Source of the DNA: an uncultured bacterium
GTDB taxonomy: Bacteria > Krumholzibacteriota > Krumholzibacteriia > Krumholzibacteriales > Krumholzibacteriaceae
Length of the DNA: 64,000 nucleotides
NCBI GenBank assembly: GCA_965371515.1
Contig: CBDUYR010000005.1
Coordinates: 9,312-73,311 of the forward strand
Direction of reading: 5' to 3'
Under the pieces are notes generated by a model. That model did no database searches. It was not told the origin of the DNA and was given only the letters and a program-made list of their open reading frames with translations. The stretch's first letter is position 1, and the number at the start of each line of letters is the position of its first letter. Below are positions 30,543 to 40,202 of the stretch, in pieces. A program made the translations under genes and the position numbers.

Positions 30543-31913
30543 TCAGAGAATATGGATCGCTTTGCCCTCGATCGCCTCGGCCGCTTCGGCAAGAGCCTCG
30601 GAGAGAGTCGGATGAGGGAATATCGAATCGGCGAAGTCATGGGCAGTGAGCTTCCTGCCCAGCGCCACGATCCCGGCCGGGAGAAGCTCCGTCGCCTGCG
30701 GCCCGATAATGTGGAGGCCGAGAAGCCTGCCGTCTTCCTTCGAGGCGACCCACTTGACGAATCCCTCCTCTTCGCGCAACCCCTTCGCCTTGCCGTTGGC
30801 GGCGAAAGGGAACCTTCCCGCTGCGATCTCGATCCCTTTATCCTTCGCTTCCTGCTCGGTCAGCCCGACGCGCGAGACCTCGGGAAGGGTGTATATCGTC
30901 GTCGGCACAGCGCTGTAGTCGATCTCTGCACCCTTTCCGAGGGCGTTAGCCGCGGCTACAACTCCTTCCCGCGTCGCCACGTGGGCGAGAAGGTATCCTC
31001 CTATGACGTCTCCGGCCGCAAAGACTCCGTCGACATTCGTCCTCATCCCTCCATCGACGGTGATCCCCGCCTTCGACACCTCGACTCCCGCCTCCTCGAG
31101 GCCGATGCCGGCGGTATTGGGCCTCCTGCCGACCGATACGAGCGCGATCTCGGCATTGATCTCTTCTCCGCTCTCGAGCAGCGCCTTCACCCCGCCGCCG
31201 GTTTTCTCGAGCGACGATACTTTCGCCCCGAGATGCAGCGTGATGCCTTTCTTCTTCAGGTAGGTCTGGAGGAATCTCGTTATGTGAATGTCCTCCGTTG
31301 CGATTATCGAGGGGAGCATTTCGACGATCGTCACATTCGTGCCGAAGGCGTTGAAAACGGAAGCGAACTCGCAGCCGATCACACCGCCGCCAACTACGAT
31401 CATGCTCTCCGGAATCCTCCCGATATCGAGAAGATCGGTCGAACTGAGCACTGTCCTGCCGTCGAACTCCATTCCCGGCAGCTCGATCTCCGACGAACCG
31501 GTGGCGACTATCACAGACCGGCCGCTGACCTTGCCGTGACCCTCGACCTCGACCTCGCCGGGTGAGACGAGACGGCCGCGGCCTTCCACGATGTCGATCC
31601 TGCTCCCCTTGAGGATCTTCCTTACGCCGCCGACGAGGCTGTCGACCACGTTGTTCTTGTGCGCCATGAGAGCGGCAACATCGACCGATATTCTGCCCGA
31701 GACACCCGATCCCTTCCCCGTTGCGGCGAGCTCGATGAGGTGCGCAAGCCCGTGAAGGGTCTTCGTCGGAATGCAGCCCCTGTTGAGGCATACGCCGCCG
31801 AGCCTGTCCTCCTCGACGAGACAGACGCTCGCACCGAGCTGCGCGGCCCTTATCGCGGCAGGATAACCTGCGGGGCCTCCCCCCAGCACGACAATATCGT
31901 AACCGGATGACAA
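30543..31913 (-). CDS. lpd: Dihydrolipoyl dehydrogenase (E3)
   Basis: YDIVVLGGGPAGY, redox-active GGVCLNRGCIPTK, C-terminal HPTLSEA; TTG start at 31913 with aaggagg SD 7 nt upstream. The longer ORF to 32036 would overlap the LytTR gene, so it was rejected. Confidence 0.8.
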   Translation of the reverse strand: MSSGYDIVVLGGGPAGYPAAIRAAQLGASVCLVEEDRLGGVCLNRGCIPTKTLHGLAHLIELAATGKGSGVSGRISVDVAALMAHKNNVVDSLVGGVRKILKGSRIDIVEGRGRLVSPGEVEVEGHGKVSGRSVIVATGSSEIELPGMEFDGRTVLSSTDLLDIGRIPESMIVVGGGVIGCEFASVFNAFGTNVTIVEMLPSIIATEDIHITRFLQTYLKKKGITLHLGAKVSSLEKTGGGVKALLESGEEINAEIALVSVGRRPNTAGIGLEEAGVEVSKAGITVDGGMRTNVDGVFAAGDVIGGYLLAHVATREGVVAAANALGKGAEIDYSAVPTTIYTLPEVSRVGLTEQEAKDKGIEIAAGRFPFAANGKAKGLREEEGFVKWVASKEDGRLLGLHIIGPQATELLPAGIVALGRKLTAHDFADSIFPHPTLSEALAEAAEAIEGKAIHIL

Positions 31914-31927
31914 GATCGGGCCTCCTT

Positions 31928-32698
31928 CTATTTTCCCTCTGCCTTGTTCTTGAGAAGCTGGGCCTGCGTCCTCGTCAGCTTTATTTCCGTCGAGGAGCTG
32001 TCTTCCAGCGTCATGACGTAGTTGCCGCCCGACCACGGGACTATCTTGCCTATCTTTCCGACGTTGACGATACCGTCGGAGCCGAGCCGCAGGAAAACCG
32101 CCGGGTCCAGCTGGGCCTCGAGCTCGTCCAGGTCGGCGTAGTTCGTGACGAAATCACCGTCATCCGTGTGGGCGACCACCTCGCGGCCGCGCTTCTCGAG
32201 CATCGCGACCCTTCCGGTGTCGACCAGGTCCATCCCGCCTTCTTTCTTCACTACGATCTTGGGCAGGAATTTCCGGCCGACATGAATACTCTCGACCAGT
32301 TTCTTCAATTTCTCGACGAACTCGCCGCGAGAGGGCATGATCGCCCTCGCCCTCTCGATCGCCCCTTCGAGACGGTCCTTCTCGATCGGCTTGAGCAGAT
32401 AATCGACTGCGTTTATCTCGAAAGCCCTGATTGCGTACTGGTCGTACGCCGTTGTGAACACCACGAGCGGAACATCGCCCGAGTCCACGAGCCTTCTCAC
32501 TACGCCGAACCCGTCGAGAACGGGCATCTGGATGTCGAGAAAAATTACATCCGGAGAAAGCTCAGACACCATCGTGACCGCTTCCTCCCCGCCGGCCGCC
32601 TCGCCCACCACATCGATGTCGCCGACCTGCTCGAGCAGGTATCTCATCTCGTCGCGCGCGAGCTTCTCGTCATCCACGATCAGTACACGTACCGGCAA
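31928..32698 (-). CDS. LytTR-family two-component response regulator
   Basis: Receiver domain (VLIVDDE...FLDIQMP...) plus C-terminal LytTR DNA-binding domain; 256 aa. Confidence 0.8.
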   Translation of the reverse strand: MPVRVLIVDDEKLARDEMRYLLEQVGDIDVVGEAAGGEEAVTMVSELSPDVIFLDIQMPVLDGFGVVRRLVDSGDVPLVVFTTAYDQYAIRAFEINAVDYLLKPIEKDRLEGAIERARAIMPSRGEFVEKLKKLVESIHVGRKFLPKIVVKKEGGMDLVDTGRVAMLEKRGREVVAHTDDGDFVTNYADLDELEAQLDPAVFLRLGSDGIVNVGKIGKIVPWSGGNYVMTLEDSSSTEIKLTRTQAQLLKNKAEGK

Positions 32699-34010
32699 CT
32701 TCCTTCCCCCTTCCGGCGGACCGGGGAATAAAGAGCCTGACGATCGCGCCCCCTCCGGGACGCGAGTCTATCTCCATTCTTCCCTCCCCGCAGGTGTATA
32801 TATCGAGTCTCTCGGCAACGTTCTTCAGGCCCACTCCCCTGGAGAAAAGCAAGCCTATATCGAGCGGGCCCGTCTCGGGGCCGTCGTTTTCGACCGTTAT
32901 CTCAGTGCCGCCCTTGACCGGGGCGGAACTGATACTGATCCTGCCGCCTTCGGTCCTGCAGGCTATGCCGTGCTTGACGGCGTTCTCCACGAGCGGCTGG
33001 AGGAGCAGCGAAGGCACCTGGATTCCGAGGGTCCTCTCATCAAGCTTCTTGACGACCTCGAACCTTTCGTCTCCGAACCGTACCCTCTCGATCGAGAGGT
33101 AATCGTCGAGGAAATCGATCTCGTTCGTGAGCGAATGTGTGTCCCCCGTTTCATCGAGCGATTTCCTGAATATCGACGACAGCCGCCTCGTCATCTCCCT
33201 CGCTCGCTCCGCGTCGACCCTGATCAGCGATGTTATCGAATTGAGCGTATTGAAGAGAAAATGGGGATTTATCTGGCTTCTCAGCGTGGTCAGCCTCGCG
33301 TGAACGAGCTGCTTCTCTTCCTCCCGGTGTATCAGCTCATCGCGGGCGTTTACGGCGAGCTTCAGCGCCATCCCCACCGTGTAGACAAGCACTGCAAGGT
33401 CGATAGTGATGAAGAGCCAGTCCCTTACGGGATATCCGTATATCAGCCCCGTCGTCTCGTACCTCCCGAGGAGCTCGTATCGCATGAGAGCGAAACCGAT
33501 GCACAGCACCACGGGGATGAAGTCCCTGTCGAGAGCGCCCCGGAAGAGGCGATCGAGAAAGTTGTAGATGGTAAGGAAGGGGTTGAGGGAGAAGTTCCAC
33601 ACCTCGCCTCCCCTTCCGAGCCTGGAGTAGATGAACCCCGAGACGAGGCCTGCGACCGTGTAGAACGGCAGGGAGACCGTTTCCCCGATCATGAAGCAGG
33701 TCAGCCCGATGACAAATCCAGTCCCTGCGCCGACCCACGTCCCGCCGATCAGTCCGGCTACGATCACGCCCTCGAGCGATAGGTCCATCGCGGCCTGCGC
33801 CGACATCTTCCTGATCAGCACGCCCACCGAGAATATCACGGCGAGCAGTACTGTCAGCTTGACCTTTTCTCGCGTGGGGACAGAGACCTTCACGAGTATG
33901 TCGCCGGTGAAGCGGAATCCGAGCACGAGGCTCGTTATCCCCGCCATCACGGCGAGCCTGAGCAGAATGTTTATCAGCGCAAGCTGATCCTGGGTGAAAG
34001 CGAGCGGCAT
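32670..34010 (-). CDS. LytS-type sensor histidine kinase (His_kinase PF06580-like, multi-TM N-terminus)
   Basis: 5-6 TM helices, then SQINPHFLFNTLNSI (LytS/YehU-type H-box), HATPase motifs LVENAVKHG, GVGLKNV; overlaps the regulator gene by 29 nt. Confidence 0.75.
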   Translation of the reverse strand: MPLAFTQDQLALINILLRLAVMAGITSLVLGFRFTGDILVKVSVPTREKVKLTVLLAVIFSVGVLIRKMSAQAAMDLSLEGVIVAGLIGGTWVGAGTGFVIGLTCFMIGETVSLPFYTVAGLVSGFIYSRLGRGGEVWNFSLNPFLTIYNFLDRLFRGALDRDFIPVVLCIGFALMRYELLGRYETTGLIYGYPVRDWLFITIDLAVLVYTVGMALKLAVNARDELIHREEEKQLVHARLTTLRSQINPHFLFNTLNSITSLIRVDAERAREMTRRLSSIFRKSLDETGDTHSLTNEIDFLDDYLSIERVRFGDERFEVVKKLDERTLGIQVPSLLLQPLVENAVKHGIACRTEGGRISISSAPVKGGTEITVENDGPETGPLDIGLLFSRGVGLKNVAERLDIYTCGEGRMEIDSRPGGGAIVRLFIPRSAGRGKEVAGTCTDRG

Positions 34011-34049
34011 CCTGGTCTCCCTGTTCCGGCGAAATCGGTGCTGAACCCG

Positions 34050-34652
34050 TTACATGCGCCGGCGGTACATCCCGAGTATGAATTCCTCGTACTGTTTCTG
34101 AGTGTGAAGGCCCTCCCACTTGTAGAACAGCTCGTCTTCTCTCGTAACGACGTGAGTGGTCGGCAACCTGCCGGCCCTGCCGAAGAGGCCCGGATCGCCG
34201 CCCGGCAGAAGCACTTCGAACCGGGCGTCGTTGGCATTGACAAACGATCTCGCCACGGAAACGCCCCCCTTGTCAGTGACTATCCCGAGGACCGTCACAT
34301 TCACATGAAATTTTCGCTGGATCTCGTTCATGATCGGTACGAGCTTCTTCGAGTCGACGTTCCACGTCTCGATGTAATTGACCAGCAGTATCTTCCTGCC
34401 GTAATCGGATATCTTCTTTTCCTCGCCGTAGAGGGTCACGAATGTGACATCCGATACCGACCGTGAGCCGGCGGTCTCCGCCGCGGCGGGCGCCTTCCCG
34501 GCATCGGAGTCGTCGGCCGGCGATTTCGCGCCGTCTCCATCCCCCGAGCAGGATACGAGCAGGAATACGACAGCCGCAGCCGTCAGAGAGACAGCAAGCA
34601 CCTTGAAGACCCGGGCTTTCCTTTTCAGGACAGGACCGTACAGCATCATCAT
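34050..34652 (-). CDS. Thioredoxin-fold (TlpA-like) lipoprotein lacking the CxxC motif
   Basis: MMMLYG...LLVSCSG lipobox; TlpA-like LLVNYIETWNVDSKKLVP where WCxxC is replaced by WNVDS; start ATG overlaps the ACAD stop (ATGA). Confidence 0.5.
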   Translation of the reverse strand: MMMLYGPVLKRKARVFKVLAVSLTAAAVVFLLVSCSGDGDGAKSPADDSDAGKAPAAAETAGSRSVSDVTFVTLYGEEKKISDYGRKILLVNYIETWNVDSKKLVPIMNEIQRKFHVNVTVLGIVTDKGGVSVARSFVNANDARFEVLLPGGDPGLFGRAGRLPTTHVVTREDELFYKWEGLHTQKQYEEFILGMYRRRM

Positions 34653-35800
34653 CGCTCCTTGATCAGCAGTCCTGCGATCGTGTTCTTCTGGATCTCCTTC
34701 GTACCCTCGTAGATCTCTGCTATCTTCGCGTCCCGGTAGTAACGCTCGACCTCGTACTCGGTCATATAGCCGTATCCGCCGAGAATCTGGATCGCCTCGT
34801 CGGCCACCTGGACAGCGGTCCTGGCAGCTATGTACTTTGCCATCGATGTCAGCTTGGGATCGATCCGCCCCTGGTCGAAGTTCCACGCAGCCTTGTATGT
34901 GAGCAGTCTCGCGTACTCGATAGCTGTGGCCATGTCGGCGAGTTTGTGCTGTGTGACCTGGAACTTTGCCAGCGGCCTGCCGAACTGCTCGCGCTCCAGC
35001 GAATAGTCGATAGCCCTTTCGAACGCTCCCTGGGCGATGCCGAGCGCCGTCGCGGCGATCTCGACACGACTCTCGTCGAAGAACTCGAGGACCTGGTAGA
35101 AGCCCTTGCCGTCTTTGCCGATGATGTTGCCCGCCGGTACACGGACGTTGTCGAATATCACTTCAGCCGTCGAGGTCATCTTGATTCCCATCTTCGCGCC
35201 GACGTCCTCTGTCGAGAGTCCCTCGGCACCCTTTTCGACGAGAATCGTCGCCATCCCCCTGTACGAAGGCTCGGCCTTGTCGTCGGTCTGGCAGAGCACG
35301 ATGTAGAAGTCGGCGATCTGTCCGTTTGTGATGAACATCTTGTTGCCGTTTATCACCCACGAGTCGCCGTCCATGACCGCCCTCGTGTCCATCCTCGTGA
35401 TATCGCTGCCGTGGTTCGCCTCGGTGAAGGCGCCTGCCGAGATCATCTTTCCCTGGGCAACGGCGGTGAGATACTTCTGCTTCTGCTCGTCCGTGCCACA
35501 CCGCATGATGATCTCGGAGGCGAAATCGGAGAGGGCCAGAGCCGTTCCAAGGCCGGAATCGCGCCTGCAGAACTCCTCGACGACGAGGACGTTCTCGATC
35601 AGGCCGAGGCCCGATCCCCCTGCGTCGACGGGAAAATGCAGCCCGATGAAGCCCAGCTCGCTGGCCTTCTGCCAGAGTTCCTTCGGGAAAGAGTGCTCTT
35701 CCTCGTGCTTGAGAGCCAACTCCCTTGTGAATTCACCTTTTGCAAAGCTGCTTGCCGCTTCCTGAATTTCCTTCTGTTCGGTACTCAGCTCGAAATCCAT
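34649..35800 (-). CDS. Acyl-CoA dehydrogenase
   Basis: Typical ACAD N-, middle- and C-domain sequence; catalytic Glu near YEGT; 383 aa. Confidence 0.85.
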   Translation of the reverse strand: MDFELSTEQKEIQEAASSFAKGEFTRELALKHEEEHSFPKELWQKASELGFIGLHFPVDAGGSGLGLIENVLVVEEFCRRDSGLGTALALSDFASEIIMRCGTDEQKQKYLTAVAQGKMISAGAFTEANHGSDITRMDTRAVMDGDSWVINGNKMFITNGQIADFYIVLCQTDDKAEPSYRGMATILVEKGAEGLSTEDVGAKMGIKMTSTAEVIFDNVRVPAGNIIGKDGKGFYQVLEFFDESRVEIAATALGIAQGAFERAIDYSLEREQFGRPLAKFQVTQHKLADMATAIEYARLLTYKAAWNFDQGRIDPKLTSMAKYIAARTAVQVADEAIQILGGYGYMTEYEVERYYRDAKIAEIYEGTKEIQKNTIAGLLIKER

Positions 35801-35982
35801 CTCATCCTCCCCTAAGCCAGATCGAACGACTTGAAAAATAACCTGATATGGTATCTTAACCCATGAAATTACTATAAGTTCCGCAAGCCTAACAGATGCT
35901 AACGCCCAAAATCAACACATAGTTAAAGCCCCCGCAAGGGTCTGGAACAGTTTTTGCGGATATTCCCCCCGGAGTGTGATAA

Positions 35983-37287
35983 ATGAAGGTTATTGTTGTA
36001 ATTTCGGTCGTTTTTCTGGCGGCGGGCATGCTCGCCCCCTGTCTTAATGCCCAATCCTCATCCAGGATCGAGGCGGAGCGTCTCTTCGTCGAGGCGCAGA
36101 AATCTCTCGCCCGGGGCGACAACGTAAAGGCCGAATCGTACCTGATGAAATCTCTGAAGTCCGACGACTCTTTCACATCGGCGATCTGGCAGCTCTCACA
36201 GATCTACGAGAAACGGGGCCGGCTCGAGTATGCACGCGAGCTGCTGCTGAGGGGGCTCCAGCAGGAACCCGACGCGACCTGGGCCCGCGACAAGCTGGCC
36301 CGGATGGAGAAGGCTCTCACAGGCAAGCTGCTGACCGAGGCTGAGCGCCTCATGGGCAGGGGTCAGTACGAACAGGCGATCCCCAAGTTGTCGCTCTACC
36401 TCGGCATAAAACCGTACGACCCCGTTCCGCTCGTTCAGATGGCGAGGTGCCACCTCGCCATGGACAACCTCGATTCGGCGAAGGAATATCTCATACAGGC
36501 CACCGAGCGTGACCCCTCGAACACCGAGGTCATGTCACTGCTCGACGAGGTCGAGAGGCGTTCCGACAAGGCCGCTGTCGAGGCCGCCCTGAGGCGGGCC
36601 CGCGCTGTCCTCGCCTCCTACACTCCCGAGACGAAAGGACAGGCCGAGAAAGCGCTGAGCAACGTACTGGCGCTTGATCCGGAGAACACCTGGGCGCGGG
36701 AGAAACTTAGGGAGATCGCGCTTCTCGAGGAGGAGCAGCAGAAGATTCCTCCAGCCAAAGAGGCCGTGGCAAAGGGAGTCGCCAGGGGTGTCGAGGCGAT
36801 AAAGACGCTCGAGGAGCCTACATCGCGTGTCATCTCCGTCCTGAGATCGAATGTGCTGATCGTCATTCTCGTCATGATCGCTGTCCTTCTCGGGCTTAAT
36901 CTCAGACGCAGGAAGAAGTCCCGCAGCTATCCGCTGCAGGGGAGCCTGTCGCTGATACCCATCCTCGACGTAGTCTCCCTGCTCAACAGCAACCTCAAGT
37001 CGGGAAGGTTGATGCTCGTCTCGCAGTCCGGTCGTAGCGAGGTATTCTTCGAGAAGGGTGAGATCATCCATGCGCGGATAAAGAGCTGGGACGGAAAAAC
37101 GGCGTTCCACAAGATAATGACGCTGCGAAGCGGCCGCTACGTTTTCAACAACCACCTGCCCAGCGTCCGTCACACGATCACCGAGCCACTCAGCCTCCTG
37201 CTGCTTTCGATGAAGTCCCAGAAACAGGAGCAGAAGAAGGCTCCCGGAAAGAGACCCGCCAGGCAGAAGGAAGAGATTTTCAACTGA
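35983..37287 (+). CDS. TPR-repeat protein with single TM helix and C-terminal DUF4388-like domain
   Basis: Signal MKVIVVISVVFLAAGMLAPCLNA; TPR repeats; TM VLIVILVMIAVLLGL; C-terminal GSLSLIPILDVVSLLNSNLKSGRLMLV...GEIIHARI resembles DUF4388. Confidence 0.55.
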   Translation: MKVIVVISVVFLAAGMLAPCLNAQSSSRIEAERLFVEAQKSLARGDNVKAESYLMKSLKSDDSFTSAIWQLSQIYEKRGRLEYARELLLRGLQQEPDATWARDKLARMEKALTGKLLTEAERLMGRGQYEQAIPKLSLYLGIKPYDPVPLVQMARCHLAMDNLDSAKEYLIQATERDPSNTEVMSLLDEVERRSDKAAVEAALRRARAVLASYTPETKGQAEKALSNVLALDPENTWAREKLREIALLEEEQQKIPPAKEAVAKGVARGVEAIKTLEEPTSRVISVLRSNVLIVILVMIAVLLGLNLRRRKKSRSYPLQGSLSLIPILDVVSLLNSNLKSGRLMLVSQSGRSEVFFEKGEIIHARIKSWDGKTAFHKIMTLRSGRYVFNNHLPSVRHTITEPLSLLLLSMKSQKQEQKKAPGKRPARQKEEIFN

Positions 37288-38865
37288 TCAGATGTCGAGT
37301 ATCTCGGACTCGGGAATGCATGCACCCGCTACACGGCTGTAGCGCGTCTCCCATCTCAGCGACGGGATCATCTGCTCTCCACTCCTGCGACAAGCCTCGT
37401 GGAACTTCTCGTGCACATTTTTCATCATGTCCTCGATATCTTCGGGACACTTGCCTACGATGAAGTGGACCCACGACGAACCGCCCTCTCCCTTCGAGAC
37501 TACGTGTTCGTTCGACAGGACCGAGCACATCACGCTCTCCAGCGTGCCGACCATCCTGGAGGCATTGTCGGAGGCTCCGACCATCCGCATATCGATAAGG
37601 CAGAACTCGCTGCCGGTGAGATCGGCTCTCTCTATCATCATGTGAAGCGGGCTTACGAGGTCCTTCTCGCGCTCGAATGTCGGTTCGAGCGGCAGCCTGA
37701 TGCTGATCGTGTTCCCCGAACTGATGTCGAGCTCGGCGTCGAGGGCATCGGCCAGTCTGCTTAGAACCAGTCCCCTGTGGGCCTCGTGGAACGAGAGATA
37801 GTCCTTCAGGCCTTCCCTGATCGACCTGAGCCAGCCGCTCGACCTCGGCCTGAGATAGATCTTCAGGCTCCTTTCAACCCCGCCGTGGTAACAGATCTCT
37901 TCCTTTATCGAAGAGCTGCACTCGATGAACGGCGCCTCGCCCAGCCAGGTGTTGTACGCCTCGATCGCGGTCACGACGAAGTCCTTGAGGCTTCCCCTGC
38001 CGGTGAATACTGTCATCTCCGGCATACCGATCTTGTAGCCGCGAAGCTTGTTGTCGCGCTGAAGCTTCTCGAAGACAGGCTTCAAATCGTGTCTGGCCCT
38101 TGTCAATGTCCGGCAGACCTTCATCTCCTCTGACTCGATCATGAATATCTTCTGTAGTTCGTCGAGGTTCGCTATAAGTTTCTCGACGTTTCTCCACCCG
38201 ATATCGAGGAGCTTCTCCTTTTCCTCACCGACGAGAGGCTGCTCGCTGAGAATCTTGACGGCGTTTCTTATCGCCGTGAGTGGAGTCCTCATCCTGTGGG
38301 AAAGAGAGGTGGCGAAGCGGGACCTCAACTCGTCGAACTTCTTCCAGCGTGAGAAATCGTGGATCAGTACGTAGAAGGCCGCGGGTTCACCGGGGATCCC
38401 GATCGACCTGACTTCGAGTCCGAGGAGTTTGCGCGTCTCCTGGTCGGACAACGTCACATCGACGTAAGTGATGGCCGATCCGGCCGACGTGCACTTCTCG
38501 AAGAGACTGTCGGAACAGCTTCTCTCGATGATGCCGGCGATCTCCGCGTCGGTCGCAGCGGAGAGTATGCCGCGGGCGCACCTGTTTGCGAAGATCGGCG
38601 TCCGTGTGTGGTCGAGTATGACTACACCCTGCTCGACCGGCTCGAGAAGGCTCTCGAGAAGGGAAGAGGCCGGAGAGCCGCCGCTGCTCACGCTGTCGCA
38701 TGAGGCGGATGCCCTTGTCTCCATTTCAGGTATCGTTTCGACATGATGCGTTGCCATCGGTGCATTCCTCGCAGCCAGAGTCTGTCTTGACGAACAACAG
38801 GCAACGCAAGGTATGTGCCTCGTATCAGCGGCAACTTTACGGAAAGGCTGCAGACTCTGCTCCAC
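37288..38865 (-). CDS. Sensor-like protein with HisKA phosphoacceptor domain but no recognizable HATPase_c motifs
   Basis: SLSHRMRTPLTAIRNAVKIL H-box. No N/G1/G2 boxes found by eye in the C-terminal 250 aa. Start uncertain (alternative MATHHVE). Confidence 0.45.
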   Translation of the reverse strand: MEQSLQPFRKVAADTRHIPCVACCSSRQTLAARNAPMATHHVETIPEMETRASASCDSVSSGGSPASSLLESLLEPVEQGVVILDHTRTPIFANRCARGILSAATDAEIAGIIERSCSDSLFEKCTSAGSAITYVDVTLSDQETRKLLGLEVRSIGIPGEPAAFYVLIHDFSRWKKFDELRSRFATSLSHRMRTPLTAIRNAVKILSEQPLVGEEKEKLLDIGWRNVEKLIANLDELQKIFMIESEEMKVCRTLTRARHDLKPVFEKLQRDNKLRGYKIGMPEMTVFTGRGSLKDFVVTAIEAYNTWLGEAPFIECSSSIKEEICYHGGVERSLKIYLRPRSSGWLRSIREGLKDYLSFHEAHRGLVLSRLADALDAELDISSGNTISIRLPLEPTFEREKDLVSPLHMMIERADLTGSEFCLIDMRMVGASDNASRMVGTLESVMCSVLSNEHVVSKGEGGSSWVHFIVGKCPEDIEDMMKNVHEKFHEACRRSGEQMIPSLRWETRYSRVAGACIPESEILDI

Positions 38866-38906
38866 AACGTGGAACTATAGGAACATCGGTATTTCGCAGA
38901 ATGCAT

Positions 38907-39740
38907 TCAGGGTGTTGTTTTTACAGGCTGAGCGTCTTCCGGATCGCGTTTTCCCTTCCAGGCACCGGGGAACCTCCACGTGATCCCTATCTGGACCATC
39001 GAGTTCCAGACACGTTCGAAGCTGTCCCCGGAATCGATGCCGCCTGAAAGACTGACGTCGAAGCCTCCCTTCAACCGCGTCCCCGCGGCAAGCAGGTAGA
39101 CCTCCCTGTAATCGCCGTTCCTGAATAGCTGCGCGAAGACGGAGAAATCGATCGTGAGCGAGCGAAAGGGCTTCAGCCCGAGAAGGACACCGGCCAGAGC
39201 GTAGTTCTCGGACCTGTAGAATTCCTCCTCGACCTTCCGTCCGACGAGCGTGTAGGTCGCGGAGCAGCGGAAATCGAACATCTCCGAAAATCTCCTGAAC
39301 TCTAGCCCGGCGCCTCCATCAAGGCTTTCTCCCGCATACGGCCAGAGGCTCGCCGATCCCGTCGGGATGCGCATGTCACCCCTGAAGAACAGGCCTGAGA
39401 TCCTGAGGGAATCGCCTACGATCCTCAACTCGGCGCTGAGAAGCAGGTCGGCAAAGCCGTGATTGTACTGCCCGCCGTGCCGCAGTACGGGATAGAAGAT
39501 CTGCATCCTGACATGGGTGCGTTCGCCGTTCCGGAATCCTGTTTCGAACGAAAACACGGTGGAGTTCTCGTGCTCCCCCTTGACAAACGACTGCCCGATG
39601 TCGAGGATCACACGGGCAGTATCGATTCGCCCGTAATATGTCGGCAGGTTGAGAAAAGGCCCAGTGGCTCTTGCAGGCTTCGGGGCAGACAGGATCAATA
39701 CGATGGCGATAAGACAAAAACTGAAAAACCCAGTCTTCAA
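38907..39740 (-). CDS. Outer-membrane beta-barrel protein (hypothetical)
   Basis: Signal (M)KTGFFSFCLIAIVLILSAPKPARA with TTG start at 39740; C-terminal ...GITWRF. The longer ORF to 39866 would overlap the upstream zinc-ribbon gene. Confidence 0.4.
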   Translation of the reverse strand: MKTGFFSFCLIAIVLILSAPKPARATGPFLNLPTYYGRIDTARVILDIGQSFVKGEHENSTVFSFETGFRNGERTHVRMQIFYPVLRHGGQYNHGFADLLLSAELRIVGDSLRISGLFFRGDMRIPTGSASLWPYAGESLDGGAGLEFRRFSEMFDFRCSATYTLVGRKVEEEFYRSENYALAGVLLGLKPFRSLTIDFSVFAQLFRNGDYREVYLLAAGTRLKGGFDVSLSGGIDSGDSFERVWNSMVQIGITWRFPGAWKGKRDPEDAQPVKTTP

Positions 39741-39751
39741 GGTCAGGCCTT

Positions 39752-40168
39752 TCAGGTCACTCCCTCGAGAAGACGAATCTTGCCCTGGTTGACGAAGTTC
39801 ACGATTATCGTCTTTCTGTGGCCGGGGAGCTCTTCTTTCGCGATTACCTTTCCGTAGTCGTTCCACGACCTGTGATAGATCACATCGTCTACCACGTACT
39901 CGCCTGACTCTTCGTATTCCTTCGCATGCTCCTTTTCCTCGTCGTCGAGGTCTTCTGGAGCGAGCTCGGACGGCTCGGCGCTCGCGTTGGCACCTTTCCC
40001 CTCATCATCTTCCGTCATGTAGGGAAGGAATCCTTCGCAGCCGGGGCATTTGAGCCATATGACATCGTTGCTCTCGCCCCCGTCTATGATTTCCATATCG
40101 AAATCTTTTTTACATACACTGCAATGCTGGTTGATCAGCCGCTTCTTCGCGACCTTGTCGGTAGCCAA
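39752..40168 (-). CDS. Zinc-ribbon protein (hypothetical)
   Basis: HCSVC...CPGCEG Cys4; acidic linker; conserved-looking C-terminal domain. Confidence 0.45.
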   Translation of the reverse strand: MATDKVAKKRLINQHCSVCKKDFDMEIIDGGESNDVIWLKCPGCEGFLPYMTEDDEGKGANASAEPSELAPEDLDDEEKEHAKEYEESGEYVVDDVIYHRSWNDYGKVIAKEELPGHRKTIIVNFVNQGKIRLLEGVT

Positions 40169-40202
40169 AGCTGTTTACCTCCACCAAAAAAGATGCTGAG
40201 GA

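Noticed and set aside
31913-32036. 41-aa N-terminal extension of the lpd ORF in the ORF track
   Set aside because: Would overlap the LytTR gene. The extension is Arg/Gly/Asp-rich non-Lpd sequence, whereas the TTG at 31913 has a perfect aaggagg SD and yields the canonical Lpd N-terminus.
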